From IMG/VR virus record IMGVR_UViG_3300035633_000651, positions 45,678-109,677 of that record: DNA of 64,000 bases. The stretch is one strand, 5' to 3'. Made by a program: the position numbers and the translations under genes. The stretch is from a virus. Shown in pieces: positions 25,316 through 34,276 of this stretch. The stretch's first letter is position 1; each line of letters starts with the position of its first letter. The notes beneath the pieces are model-generated. The model worked only from the letters and a program-made list of their open reading frames with translations, searched no databases and had not been told where the DNA came from.

Positions 25316-26288
25316 ACCGTCTCCTGAGAGCGTAGAGCGTACGATCGTGTACGCCGAACGCCTGGCACGCCACGGCAGCGCCGACTTCGTCGGCCAAAGA
25401 GACGAGCGCACGTCCCTCTGACTCGGTGAGCGCCGCACCATCGAGCCCCAGTACCCGACGACGACGCTGTTCGGGATCCACAAGTCCCGAGGTTTCGAGT
25501 TCGAGCACGCGGTCCGTGTGACCGAGTGCTTCAACCAGTTTCGCAGCCGCCTTGCGGAAGACGCGACTGACGCCCGAGCTGCGGTCGAGGCTCATCGCTT
25601 CGGCCAGCCACCCGTGCAGGTTCGTATCTTGGCTTGCACCGCGGTAGCGTCCGGTCTGCGTGAGACAGAACCGGAGTACGCGGTACTCGCGAGTCGTGAG
25701 CGTGGCCCCGTCCTCGACCAGCTGAAGCGCCTGCGCAACGGGTGTCAGCTGCGGTTCGGGCTCGGGTTCCGGCTCAGGTTCGAGGAAAGGCTCAGGCGGT
25801 CCGGTCAGCACCTGTCCTGCCGTGACTTGCGCGTTCGTCTCGCGCAGCGACCACTCCAGGTCGTCATCGGTCGTGTCGAGCTGCATCGACCGGGCGTACA
25901 TGCGCTGCTTCTCGACGTACTTCAGTGCCCAGCCGGTCATGACGCCCTTCTTCGGACTGAAGAGGTAGTGCAGGGGCCAGGCGCGTTCTCCGAGCTTGTA
26001 CTCGCTCAGCAGGTACTCGACGATCGTGGACTGCACTTCGACCTTCAGACCTTCACGGTCGTCGACGCTGCAGTTCCGCTCGATGAACTTGACGGTCTGC
26101 AGGACCTTTGGTTCGAGCATCTGCAAGAGCAGACGCGTGGCTGCGTCGCGCTTGATGCCGAGCTTCAACCGACAGACGAGCAGGTTGATCACCAACACCT
26201 CGTCGCTTGGCGCCTTGGACGTGTTCCAGCACTTCCGCTTCAGCGGGCAGTTTTGGCAGTCCTGGCTGATGACCGGCAGACGACTCAC
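25245..26288 (-). CDS. Divergent sigma70-family factor with an N-terminal CxxCx5C motif and an extra C-terminal HTH
   Basis: Region-2-like helices; region-4-like LTTREYRVL...LAEAMSLDRSSGVSRVFRKAAAKL; second HTH ACQAFGVHDRTLYALRRR. Confidence 0.65.
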   Translation of the reverse strand: MSRLPVISQDCQNCPLKRKCWNTSKAPSDEVLVINLLVCRLKLGIKRDAATRLLLQMLEPKVLQTVKFIERNCSVDDREGLKVEVQSTIVEYLLSEYKLGERAWPLHYLFSPKKGVMTGWALKYVEKQRMYARSMQLDTTDDDLEWSLRETNAQVTAGQVLTGPPEPFLEPEPEPEPEPQLTPVAQALQLVEDGATLTTREYRVLRFCLTQTGRYRGASQDTNLHGWLAEAMSLDRSSGVSRVFRKAAAKLVEALGHTDRVLELETSGLVDPEQRRRRVLGLDGAALTESEGRALVSLADEVGAAVACQAFGVHDRTLYALRRRYAAKKTDPGATHRPDHVEHGVSA

Positions 26289-26294
26289 AGCAGG

Positions 26295-26759
26295 TCAGGC
26301 CTTCAGCTTCGCGGCCCGAGCCAACCCGATGCACGCCGACAGTGGGTCTTGCCACTTGTTGATCACGGCGGCACGTTGGATGCCGTGGAGTTCTACGAGC
26401 TGCTCATAGCGAGCCTGGTTCTTGGCCCACTCTTCGTCCTGCGGTGGTTCTGGCCAGCTGTCTGGGATCACCTTAACGACGACGCCGTCCTGAGCACGGG
26501 CGAGGTGCCCGCCCTCGATGAGTCCGAGCAGCTCGTCGGGCGTCCGGACCTCAACGAACTGTACTTCACACCCTGGCCGAAGGCCGCTGAGCTGTTCGAG
26601 CAGAGCCTGCGGGACCGCTTCGACGCAGTGGTGCTTGCTGGCCCCGGCGACGTGTCCAATGAGCATGGACCGCCCAGAGCGACGGGGCCCAATGACCGCG
26701 ACGACGCGGCCCTTGTAAGCCGCCTTCGAGCGGCGGGGCTTTGAAGCGAACCCGACCAT
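26295..26759 (-). CDS. Degenerate P-loop (kinase-like) protein
   Basis: VVAVIGPRRSGRS, with the Walker A Lys replaced by Arg. Confidence 0.5.
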   Translation of the reverse strand: MVGFASKPRRSKAAYKGRVVAVIGPRRSGRSMLIGHVAGASKHHCVEAVPQALLEQLSGLRPGCEVQFVEVRTPDELLGLIEGGHLARAQDGVVVKVIPDSWPEPPQDEEWAKNQARYEQLVELHGIQRAAVINKWQDPLSACIGLARAAKLKA

Positions 26760-27136
26760 CAGCCGATCTCCACAGGGAAGCGCGGGGCGAAGGGGCGGTC
26801 GGTGTTGTGGACGTCTTGGATACGGTCGATGCGGAAGCTGTGGATCTCGTCGTGCAACCCGCACCAGCCGAAGAACAGCGGCTGCGGTCCGGGGTTCGCG
26901 CGCGCCCGGAAGCTGTAAGGTTCGACGAAGCGCTGGCTGTTGTTATACTTCATCCAGAGCAAAGTGCGCGTGCGTCCGGCCAGACGGATGCGGTACATGA
27001 TCTGGTCGATGCCCGTCGCCGGGCCCACGAGTCGCGGGTCCACACCCGGCTGCGCTTCCTCGCCGGGCTGCTTCCAGTAGGTCTGGATGCGCTGCTTCAA
27101 GCGGTCCAAGAAGTTTTGGCTGACACCGAACGGCAC
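26759..27136 (-). CDS. Stand-alone WYL domain protein
   Basis: MKY...RFVEPY...FFGWC...IHSFRIDRI. Confidence 0.85.
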   Translation of the reverse strand: MPFGVSQNFLDRLKQRIQTYWKQPGEEAQPGVDPRLVGPATGIDQIMYRIRLAGRTRTLLWMKYNNSQRFVEPYSFRARANPGPQPLFFGWCGLHDEIHSFRIDRIQDVHNTDRPFAPRFPVEIG

Positions 27137-27145
27137 GGCGAAACT

Positions 27146-27433
27146 CTACCCTTCTGCCTGAAGCTTCGCAAGAAGCCGTGTGGCCTGGTTGAGCGTCGGC
27201 ATGGTCAGGCTGTCCATCCAGACGTTGCCGTCGCGCAGGACGACCCAGCGGGGCAATTGCACGGCGCGGTAATGAGCGGCGAGCAGGAGGTCGTCGAGGT
27301 TGTTCGACAGCCGGTTGACCACACGAGCTTCCCAGCCGTCACGTTTCAGCCCTCCGGCCAATGCCCGCGCGCGCCGAAACCCTTCGATGTCTTCTTCGGT
27401 CGTGAAGAGCAAGATCAACGTGGCGTGCTTCAC
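27146..27433 (-). CDS. Thioredoxin-like fold without CxxC
   Basis: LAAHYRAVQLPRWVVLRDG resembles the thioredoxin C-terminal half. Confidence 0.45.
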   Translation of the reverse strand: MKHATLILLFTTEEDIEGFRRARALAGGLKRDGWEARVVNRLSNNLDDLLLAAHYRAVQLPRWVVLRDGNVWMDSLTMPTLNQATRLLAKLQAEG

Positions 27434-28014
27434 CCACGACGTCCCTTCGACTGACGCTTCTTGCGCTGCCAGGCGACCTGGTACTCGTGCCGCCGAGCAG
27501 CGGCGCACGGCCGACACCGGTCGACCTGGTGGACGCTGCTCTTCATCGCGTAGCGGACGTTCCCGCAGTCGCAGTGCAGCGCGTAGTTGTAGCGGTCGGT
27601 GTTGACCTTGCGGGTGACCGGATCTCCAGCGTCGTCGACTTCGACGACCTCAGGCTGAAGCCCGCCAGGTGCGGGATACCAGCGGGTTCCGTTCTTGCCT
27701 TCGATCGAGTCGTCCTCGACCTCTAGCTCGGGCAGAGGCGGAGGCACGTCGACCAGCATGGGCTCGTCGTCATCGTCGATGGACAGACCGTCGAGGCGCT
27801 GCACGTGAATGCGCGCGACGCCGTCGTGACGACGGGCGCCTTGGACCTCGGCGAGGGTGTAGCCTGGCACTCCGGACACCTCGATGTAGAAGTTGGCCGG
27901 GACGCCGGTGGGTTGGTCTGCCAGTTCTCGGTGGATCGCGTCAGCTTGGCCTTGAATGGCCAGGGTCAGGATGCCCCGGCCGACGGGCTCAGGATGCACT
28001 TCTGGTGAACCCAT
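27430..28014 (-). CDS. Hypothetical protein with a C-terminal Zn finger and basic tail
   Basis: CDCG...CRPC. Confidence 0.6.
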   Translation of the reverse strand: MGSPEVHPEPVGRGILTLAIQGQADAIHRELADQPTGVPANFYIEVSGVPGYTLAEVQGARRHDGVARIHVQRLDGLSIDDDDEPMLVDVPPPLPELEVEDDSIEGKNGTRWYPAPGGLQPEVVEVDDAGDPVTRKVNTDRYNYALHCDCGNVRYAMKSSVHQVDRCRPCAAARRHEYQVAWQRKKRQSKGRRG

Positions 28015-28292
28015 GCGTTCAGTTTCCCCTTGCGCAGCAGTCGCCAGTCGCCTCGGGCGTCTGTGACGTAGAACATGCTGCGCGTGCCCACGAAGCGCTT
28101 GGTCGAGCCGACGACTTGGAAGTCGGTGCTCGGGCCGGCGCGCACGTTGCAGGCTCGTTGTATCATGACGACGTCAACGTTGACATCATCAGGAGGCATC
28201 TCCCCGTTGAAAGTCACGTAGCGCATAAAGATGCCGCTCATGATTCCCGAGAAGAGACCGACGTACAAGATGCCACGGAGCAGATTTCCCAT
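27966..28292 (-). CDS. Membrane-anchored SH3b domain protein
   Basis: N-terminal TM; NVRAGPSTDFQVVG...GDW...AWV. Confidence 0.75.
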   Translation of the reverse strand: MGNLLRGILYVGLFSGIMSGIFMRYVTFNGEMPPDDVNVDVVMIQRACNVRAGPSTDFQVVGSTKRFVGTRSMFYVTDARGDWRLLRKGKLNAWVHQKCILSPSAGAS

Positions 28293-28328
28293 GGCGCGAT
28301 GTTGACATCCTCAACTGAGGCTGTCAAC
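28293..28328 (-). promoter_or_regulatory. Leaderless promoter overlapped by an inverted box pair
   Basis: Minus strand TTGACA-N17-CAACAT-N6-ATG; plus strand GTTGACATCCTC-N4-GAGGCTGTCAAC. Confidence 0.65.
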
Positions 28329-28899
28329 CCCCGACCTCGACAAACGTGAACGGGCGGTAGCGGGTTCGCCCGGCCGAGTTCTTGTAGGCCTCCAGGACCT
28401 GCCCTCGATTGCCCCCCGGGGCGCAGTCGTAGGCCACGTGGATCCACTCCCCGCCGAACTCCCAGATGAGCTGCCTGAACGCGCACTCGGTCTCGATGAA
28501 GTGCCCGAGCTTCCACATGTTCTCCGGCGTCTCGGGGCGGGTCTCGACGTCGGCGGCCCGGCCGTACATGTGGTCGCTGGTGCGGGACCCTCCCACAGCA
28601 CGGTTCAGAGCCTCCACGCGGAGCCCGGACGTGACGTGCAGAGGCATGCCGAGCCGCTCGCGTGCGGGCTGCAGGACGTTGTCGACGAGGGCGTCAAGGT
28701 TTCGCAGCTGCTCCTCGTTCGGCGTGTTGTCGATGCCGAGGCGCCGGGCCGTGGTGGACCGCGTGAACTCCGAGAGCCGGAAGTTCTCGGAGAGCTTGCC
28801 TTCCTTCAGCAACTCCTCGTTCTTGTCGACGAGGACGTACCGGACCTGCTTGAACTCCGGCTCGAAGAATCGGGGTGGCTCGAATTCGAAGCGCTTCAT
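28324..28899 (-). CDS. Peptidase M15A endolysin
   Basis: LSENFRLSEF, TSGLR...LNRAVGG...SDHMYGRAAD, WIHV. Confidence 0.9.
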   Translation of the reverse strand: MKRFEFEPPRFFEPEFKQVRYVLVDKNEELLKEGKLSENFRLSEFTRSTTARRLGIDNTPNEEQLRNLDALVDNVLQPARERLGMPLHVTSGLRVEALNRAVGGSRTSDHMYGRAADVETRPETPENMWKLGHFIETECAFRQLIWEFGGEWIHVAYDCAPGGNRGQVLEAYKNSAGRTRYRPFTFVEVGG

Positions 28900-28903
28900 G
28901 ACG

Positions 28904-30496
28904 TCATCCGATCGCAGCGGTCGTGAACGTGAGCCGGATGCCGTGCAGGATCCGCGTGCCGCCCGTGTTATTCGTGACGGTCAGGATGTAGCTGTTCTCA
29001 AAGACCGTGCTGGAGCCCTGAGCCAGGGTTGCGTTCACCGTCAGCGACGTGATGTTGTTGCCCGACGCGATCGTCGTGACGGTAGAAGAGCCGCCGGTCG
29101 ACTCGTGCTCACTCTGCACGACGTCGATGTCCAGGTTGTCCACGTTGTTCGTGACGAAGACCTCGACCGTGCCGAGGTTCAGGGTCAACTCCACCGGCAA
29201 GATGGACGCCAGGTCCCACACGCAGCGCTGACCGTTGGTCAGAACCACTTCGCCGTCGACGAAGTTCGCAGCTCCGTCGGTCAGGTGCGCGGACATGGCG
29301 GCGAAGTACTTGATGGCGCTCTGCGGGCTCACCTTGAAGGGAGTGCCCGTGACGAAGAGGTTGCCTGCGACGTTCAGGTCGTCGCCGCAGTCGACTTCAC
29401 CTTGGAGGTTCGAGGTGCCCGCGATGTCGAGTGTGCCGTTGCCGTCGATGTTGCCGGTCACATTCAGGGCGCCTTGGACGGAGGCGTCGTTGGTCATCGT
29501 GACGTCGGCCGAGTCGAGGCGCAGAAGACCCGACCCACCGCCCACATCGATCTCCAGAAGGCCGATGCCCGCGCCGCCGCCGTCCGGACTGTGAAACATC
29601 GTCATCCGGTTCGTGGCCAGAGGGGCGTTGTTGCTCATCGCCAGCGTCGTGACGCTGGCAGGTGCAGAGTTGTTGATGATCAGCTGCGGCGTGGGCGTCT
29701 CAATGAGCAGACCTTGGCTTCCAAGGGGCGTGCCGGACACCGTCAGCTCAGTGCAGGATACGAACCCGAGCCCGGTCGCCGACGCAATCGACGTTCCAGG
29801 CAGCACGATGGCCGTGGCAAAGAGCACGTCGAACGGCACACTGGAGCTGCCCAGGTCCCAAGAGTTGGCCGCGCTCGGCAAGATGTTACCGGTGACAGTG
29901 TTCGAGCCGTCCCGATTGAGCTTCGTCGCAAGGGCAGCCGCGATGTCGAGGGTCGAATCGAGCAGGTCAGGCTGCGTGATGTCTGCCGCTTCGAGGTCGT
30001 TGCCCGCGCCGTCGGCGTTCACGGTGGCGATGATCACCACGCGGTCCCGCGCTGTCTGGGTGTTGTCGACGAGCGTCGCGGGGAGTGCGTCCAGCTCTGC
30101 CTGCGTGAAGACGCCGACCGAGGTCACAGCCTCGGTTCGGACGTTGCGGGTCGTGCCGTCCGTCTCGTGAGGAGCGGGCGTCGTCTCGACCTCAGTGTAG
30201 ACGAGGCAGACGAAGTTGTCGACGCCGTCCGTGTAATCGCTGAGCGCGATGTCGGTCTGCGCGGAGGCCAGCTCGACCAGCTCTCCGTTTGGAGTGTAGC
30301 CGCGGCCCGCGGATACGTCGACGAGCGTGGCGGTCGTCCCATTGACGGTGACGACCAGACCCTCCGCACGGCCGCCAATGTCGCCGAACACGTCGATGCG
30401 CGTCTGTCGGATCTGGCGGGACTTGGTGGTTTCGGTGAACTCCAGGTCGCGCTGGCGAACCTCGACCTCATTGGGGTAGTTGCTTCTCTCGGTCAT
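28904..30496 (-). CDS. Tail fibre-like protein
   Basis: KLNRDGSNTVTGNILP...WDLGS and beta-helix-like repeats; end of the tail operon. Confidence 0.7.
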   Translation of the reverse strand: MTERSNYPNEVEVRQRDLEFTETTKSRQIRQTRIDVFGDIGGRAEGLVVTVNGTTATLVDVSAGRGYTPNGELVELASAQTDIALSDYTDGVDNFVCLVYTEVETTPAPHETDGTTRNVRTEAVTSVGVFTQAELDALPATLVDNTQTARDRVVIIATVNADGAGNDLEAADITQPDLLDSTLDIAAALATKLNRDGSNTVTGNILPSAANSWDLGSSSVPFDVLFATAIVLPGTSIASATGLGFVSCTELTVSGTPLGSQGLLIETPTPQLIINNSAPASVTTLAMSNNAPLATNRMTMFHSPDGGGAGIGLLEIDVGGGSGLLRLDSADVTMTNDASVQGALNVTGNIDGNGTLDIAGTSNLQGEVDCGDDLNVAGNLFVTGTPFKVSPQSAIKYFAAMSAHLTDGAANFVDGEVVLTNGQRCVWDLASILPVELTLNLGTVEVFVTNNVDNLDIDVVQSEHESTGGSSTVTTIASGNNITSLTVNATLAQGSSTVFENSYILTVTNNTGGTRILHGIRLTFTTAAIG

Positions 30497-33400
30497 GGCA
30501 GAATGATTCCTGGTGCGTTGGGCGTCGAGCCAAAGACGCGGAGACCGCGTAGCCCGAGGCTATGGACCCGGATGTCCTGGGTGTTCTCGACACCGAAGAG
30601 CAAGATCCGGAGCTGGTGGTAGCGGAGGGAGTTGTCCACCGCCGCGTCGATGGTCGTGTCCGCATACGTGGCGGTCGCGACCAAAGGCTGAGTTGCCGCA
30701 CTTCGGACCTGCAGCGTGAAGTCCGGAGTGCGGGTGAATCGGTTGAAGATGGACTCGTACGTGAGCGTGTAGAGCGACGTCGGGTTGAAGACGGCTGCGT
30801 TGATGCTCAGCGTGTTCTGGTCGTCGAAGTCGAAGTTGGCGAAGGCGACCTCGGTCTGCGTGACGCCGTCGTCCTCGATCAGGACAGCAGAGTTCTTGTC
30901 GAGGTTCGACGGCGGGTTGAGGCTTGCGACGAAGTTCGCGTCGAACTGGACCGCAGTGGTCACCGTCCGCGTGCCCACGCTTTGGTCGACGATGCGCCAA
31001 ACGTAGGCGTCGACGAACCACAGGTAGTCCGCGAAGTCTGCGCTCAGGTCGATGATCTCGGTCTCGGCTGACATCAAGACGTCGTACGTGAGACGGTACT
31101 CGGCAGACGCGCTGAACTCGCCGTTGTCAATGTCGATGACGTTGCCTGTGTCGAACACGTAGGGCTGCGTGCCGCTTGCGTCGGCAGTGTCCGGCACAGG
31201 GACGGCGTCCTCGGTGAGGGTCGTCGAGCCGTTGGGGTTCTGTGGGAACGGGCCCAGGTGTGTGGTGGGGAGGGTCAAGGAGGCCACACCGAAGGCGTCG
31301 GGCGCGAGCAGCTCGTTCGGTACTTCAGAGACGCGTGTCGGGCGGGCATAGGTCAGACGACCAGGCACACCGACCACGACCTCCATATTCGTGAGCGTCG
31401 CGGCGAGCCAGCCCGTGTCATCATAGGCGCCGAGCACGTTCAGCGGGTTGCCGCTTCCGTCGTACTCGGACACGTCGAACCGGTCCGTCGTGATGTGTGC
31501 GGGCGTGATGAGGTCGATCTTGCCGCTGGTCGTTCCTTGCCCGTTGGCTGTAATGCCCAGCGCTGCATTCTCGGCCGCTGTCAGGTCCTCAGGCGACCAG
31601 ACGTACAGGACCTCACCGAAGTTCCGCTCGGCGTCCGAGCGCACGATGGTGCCGTTCGCCAGATACAGACCGCTGGTCAGCTCCGAAGTGACGATGACGC
31701 GCTCCACGGTGATCCGCTCACCGGCCGACGAGCCCAAGTGAACGAGACGTACGATGAAGGACGTGGCGTCGTTCGGCACTACGATGGAGCGCGCGACTCG
31801 CGTCGGGTTCGGGCGTGTCGTCCGAACGCCGCCCGCAGCTTCCTGCGTGCCTGCAACGGCTTGCACGGTGCCGACGTCGAAGTTCGAGCCGCCGTCGAAG
31901 CTCACGTCGACGCGGAAGTTCTGCGAGGCGGTGTTGTGCTGCTCGACCCAGAACTGCGCTCGGATCGGGAAGCCTTTGAACTCCAGCGCCCGTGTGATGT
32001 TCGACTGGAACTCGATGTCGTTCGCACCGCGCTCGATACCGAAGCCGGTCTGACTGACCAGTCCGACGTTCTTGATGGCGAAGTTCGTGCCCTCGGCAAC
32101 GAGCCATCCGTCCGGAACGAGCCCGCCCTCCAGCTCCAGGCTGTCGAACAGCGAGCCTCCGGTGATCGGCTGCAGGCTCACGTCCACGTCGACGACGAGG
32201 TCCGACTCCGCTTCTCGGTTGTCCGGGTTCGTGCGGAAGGGCACTTCGCCGTTCAGCTCGACCTGAAAGCCTGACGGCAAGTCCCGCGGCAGTCCAGGAG
32301 CTGCGAAGGTGAGCAGCTGCGTGCCAGGGTCATGCGCCGTGACTTCGATGACGTCTCCGAGCGACCAGCCCTGGTAGTTCTGCGAGCCTGCCGTTGTGAA
32401 CGTGCCGGTCGGCGACTCGTGGCGGAGCGTGTAGACCGAAGGACTCGTGACACCCGTGATGCGATGCAGTCCCGCGTTGGCGCCCGAGGTGATCCGGACG
32501 CATTCACCCACGCGAAGGTTGATGGCCGCGCCGGAGAAGGTCGCCTCGTTCGGACGGCCGAGGGTCGCGGTGATGGAACCGACGCCGGTAGCGATGATGC
32601 CGCGGCCCACACGCGCGGTGAACGGCGCGCTTAGAAGACCGATGGAGTCGCCAGGCGTGTAGGTCATGTCGGTGTCCGTGGCCACACCGAGCCCGGTCGA
32701 GTCGCCCACGTAGCGAGGCAGCCCGAGCAGCTCCCGGCTTGCGTCCGCGCAGTCGAGCAGGACCTCCACCTGTCCACGCTGCGCCTCGCCCGGGAAGGGA
32801 TTGAACAGGGAGTCGATCCGCAGCGCTTCGCCGGTGACGCCTGAGACCGAGGTCAGAAGCGTCGCAGGTCCGATCGGGTAGCGCGGGTCCGCGACGAAGA
32901 TGTTGTTGATGTCGGTGACCAAGTTCGAGGGCGTGTTGGTCGTCAGCGAGCCTGACGCCGTACCGAGCACGCACGTGATCGGCCCGCGCCCTGAGATATT
33001 CAGATGAAGCCGGTCTCGTCCGCGGCTGCCTGATCCGTCTGAGATGTCGTAGTTGGTCGCGATGTTCCCGACCACACGGTCGCCGACCGCACGGTACGGA
33101 ATGCGGTAGCGTCCACTGACGGGAATCGCCACCCGGTTGTCGTTGTTGCCTGCCGCAAGGTTTCCGTAGCTCAGGCTGAAGTTGCCGCTGCCGTCGTTGT
33201 TCAGTGTCAGGTTTGCAAACGGAGCAGTCGTCGACTCGCGAATGGCGGACCCTTCGAGAGCGACGACACGGATGAAGGCGTTCTCCGTAAGGCCGATGGT
33301 CGCGGTGCCTGTCGTCCCTGCGGAGGAGTTCGTGATCGACGTGACCGTGGCGAAGGTCTCAGCGCCCACACGGTTTCGCACCGAGCCCACCACAGGGCCT

Positions 33401-34272
33401 GTGTTCGTGAAGACCTCCGACACCGCGAGCCCAGTCGGGCCGGTGCCCGTCACCGTGATGGTGCCGCCGTCCCAAAGCACAGGGAACACGACGATGAGGC
33501 GCTGGGCGCTCGGAGGGTCGGTCGGCGTCGCCGAGAGCGCCGTCGCTGCGATGGAGCCCACCGCCGACAGCGAGACCTGGTTCAGGTTCGGAAGCTGCGA
33601 CGTGACGAGCGCTGTCCGGTTGTCGAGGAAAGGGTTCGAGTTGAGCTGCGAGCCCAAGAACCAGCGCGGGCGCAGCTGACGAGGAAGACGGAATGCCAGG
33701 GAATTCGTGTAGGCGGCGACCGCCTGTGCGATGCCTGCCGGCTTTCCCGAGAACAGACGGAAGGCCTGCCGGAGCCCCTGCAGGACGGTGCGGTACGAGT
33801 CGGTGATGTAGCCCAGGTCGTTGGGCTGCTGCAGCAGACGCCCGTGCACGTCCTCGATGTGGATCGAGTCCGCGTCTCGAAGCTTTGGTCCGCGCTCGAT
33901 GCTCGCAATGGCGGGGTCGATGCCGAAGAAGTTCGGGCTCCCTTCGAGCGCTTCAGCGTAGGACGCAAACCAGACGGCGTAGTCGCGCACCGTCACGTAG
34001 GCGCGGAGCCTCCGCGCGGTCTGGTCGTTCTCGATGGCCACTTCGTGCGGGCCGGGGTCCAGGGTCACGTCGACCACCACCGAGCCCTGGGCGTCTGAGG
34101 TCACGGTGCCTCGGAAGGAGTTGTCGACGAAGACGCCATAGACCTGCGACGGGAAGGCGGGGTCCTCGAACAGGAACTCCTGCGGGTCGTCGCGGAACGG
34201 CAGGACGTAGCCCTCGTTGGCATAGAAGGAGCCACGGGGCAGGGCGCGCAGGAGGTCTTCGTATCTCGGCAT
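30493..34272 (-). CDS. Large baseplate/tail structural protein
   Basis: About 1260 aa, beta-rich; TDSYRTVL wedge-like motif; context. Confidence 0.65.
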   Translation of the reverse strand: MPRYEDLLRALPRGSFYANEGYVLPFRDDPQEFLFEDPAFPSQVYGVFVDNSFRGTVTSDAQGSVVVDVTLDPGPHEVAIENDQTARRLRAYVTVRDYAVWFASYAEALEGSPNFFGIDPAIASIERGPKLRDADSIHIEDVHGRLLQQPNDLGYITDSYRTVLQGLRQAFRLFSGKPAGIAQAVAAYTNSLAFRLPRQLRPRWFLGSQLNSNPFLDNRTALVTSQLPNLNQVSLSAVGSIAATALSATPTDPPSAQRLIVVFPVLWDGGTITVTGTGPTGLAVSEVFTNTGPVVGSVRNRVGAETFATVTSITNSSAGTTGTATIGLTENAFIRVVALEGSAIRESTTAPFANLTLNNDGSGNFSLSYGNLAAGNNDNRVAIPVSGRYRIPYRAVGDRVVGNIATNYDISDGSGSRGRDRLHLNISGRGPITCVLGTASGSLTTNTPSNLVTDINNIFVADPRYPIGPATLLTSVSGVTGEALRIDSLFNPFPGEAQRGQVEVLLDCADASRELLGLPRYVGDSTGLGVATDTDMTYTPGDSIGLLSAPFTARVGRGIIATGVGSITATLGRPNEATFSGAAINLRVGECVRITSGANAGLHRITGVTSPSVYTLRHESPTGTFTTAGSQNYQGWSLGDVIEVTAHDPGTQLLTFAAPGLPRDLPSGFQVELNGEVPFRTNPDNREAESDLVVDVDVSLQPITGGSLFDSLELEGGLVPDGWLVAEGTNFAIKNVGLVSQTGFGIERGANDIEFQSNITRALEFKGFPIRAQFWVEQHNTASQNFRVDVSFDGGSNFDVGTVQAVAGTQEAAGGVRTTRPNPTRVARSIVVPNDATSFIVRLVHLGSSAGERITVERVIVTSELTSGLYLANGTIVRSDAERNFGEVLYVWSPEDLTAAENAALGITANGQGTTSGKIDLITPAHITTDRFDVSEYDGSGNPLNVLGAYDDTGWLAATLTNMEVVVGVPGRLTYARPTRVSEVPNELLAPDAFGVASLTLPTTHLGPFPQNPNGSTTLTEDAVPVPDTADASGTQPYVFDTGNVIDIDNGEFSASAEYRLTYDVLMSAETEIIDLSADFADYLWFVDAYVWRIVDQSVGTRTVTTAVQFDANFVASLNPPSNLDKNSAVLIEDDGVTQTEVAFANFDFDDQNTLSINAAVFNPTSLYTLTYESIFNRFTRTPDFTLQVRSAATQPLVATATYADTTIDAAVDNSLRYHQLRILLFGVENTQDIRVHSLGLRGLRVFGSTPNAPGIILP

Positions 34273-34276
34273 GAGG

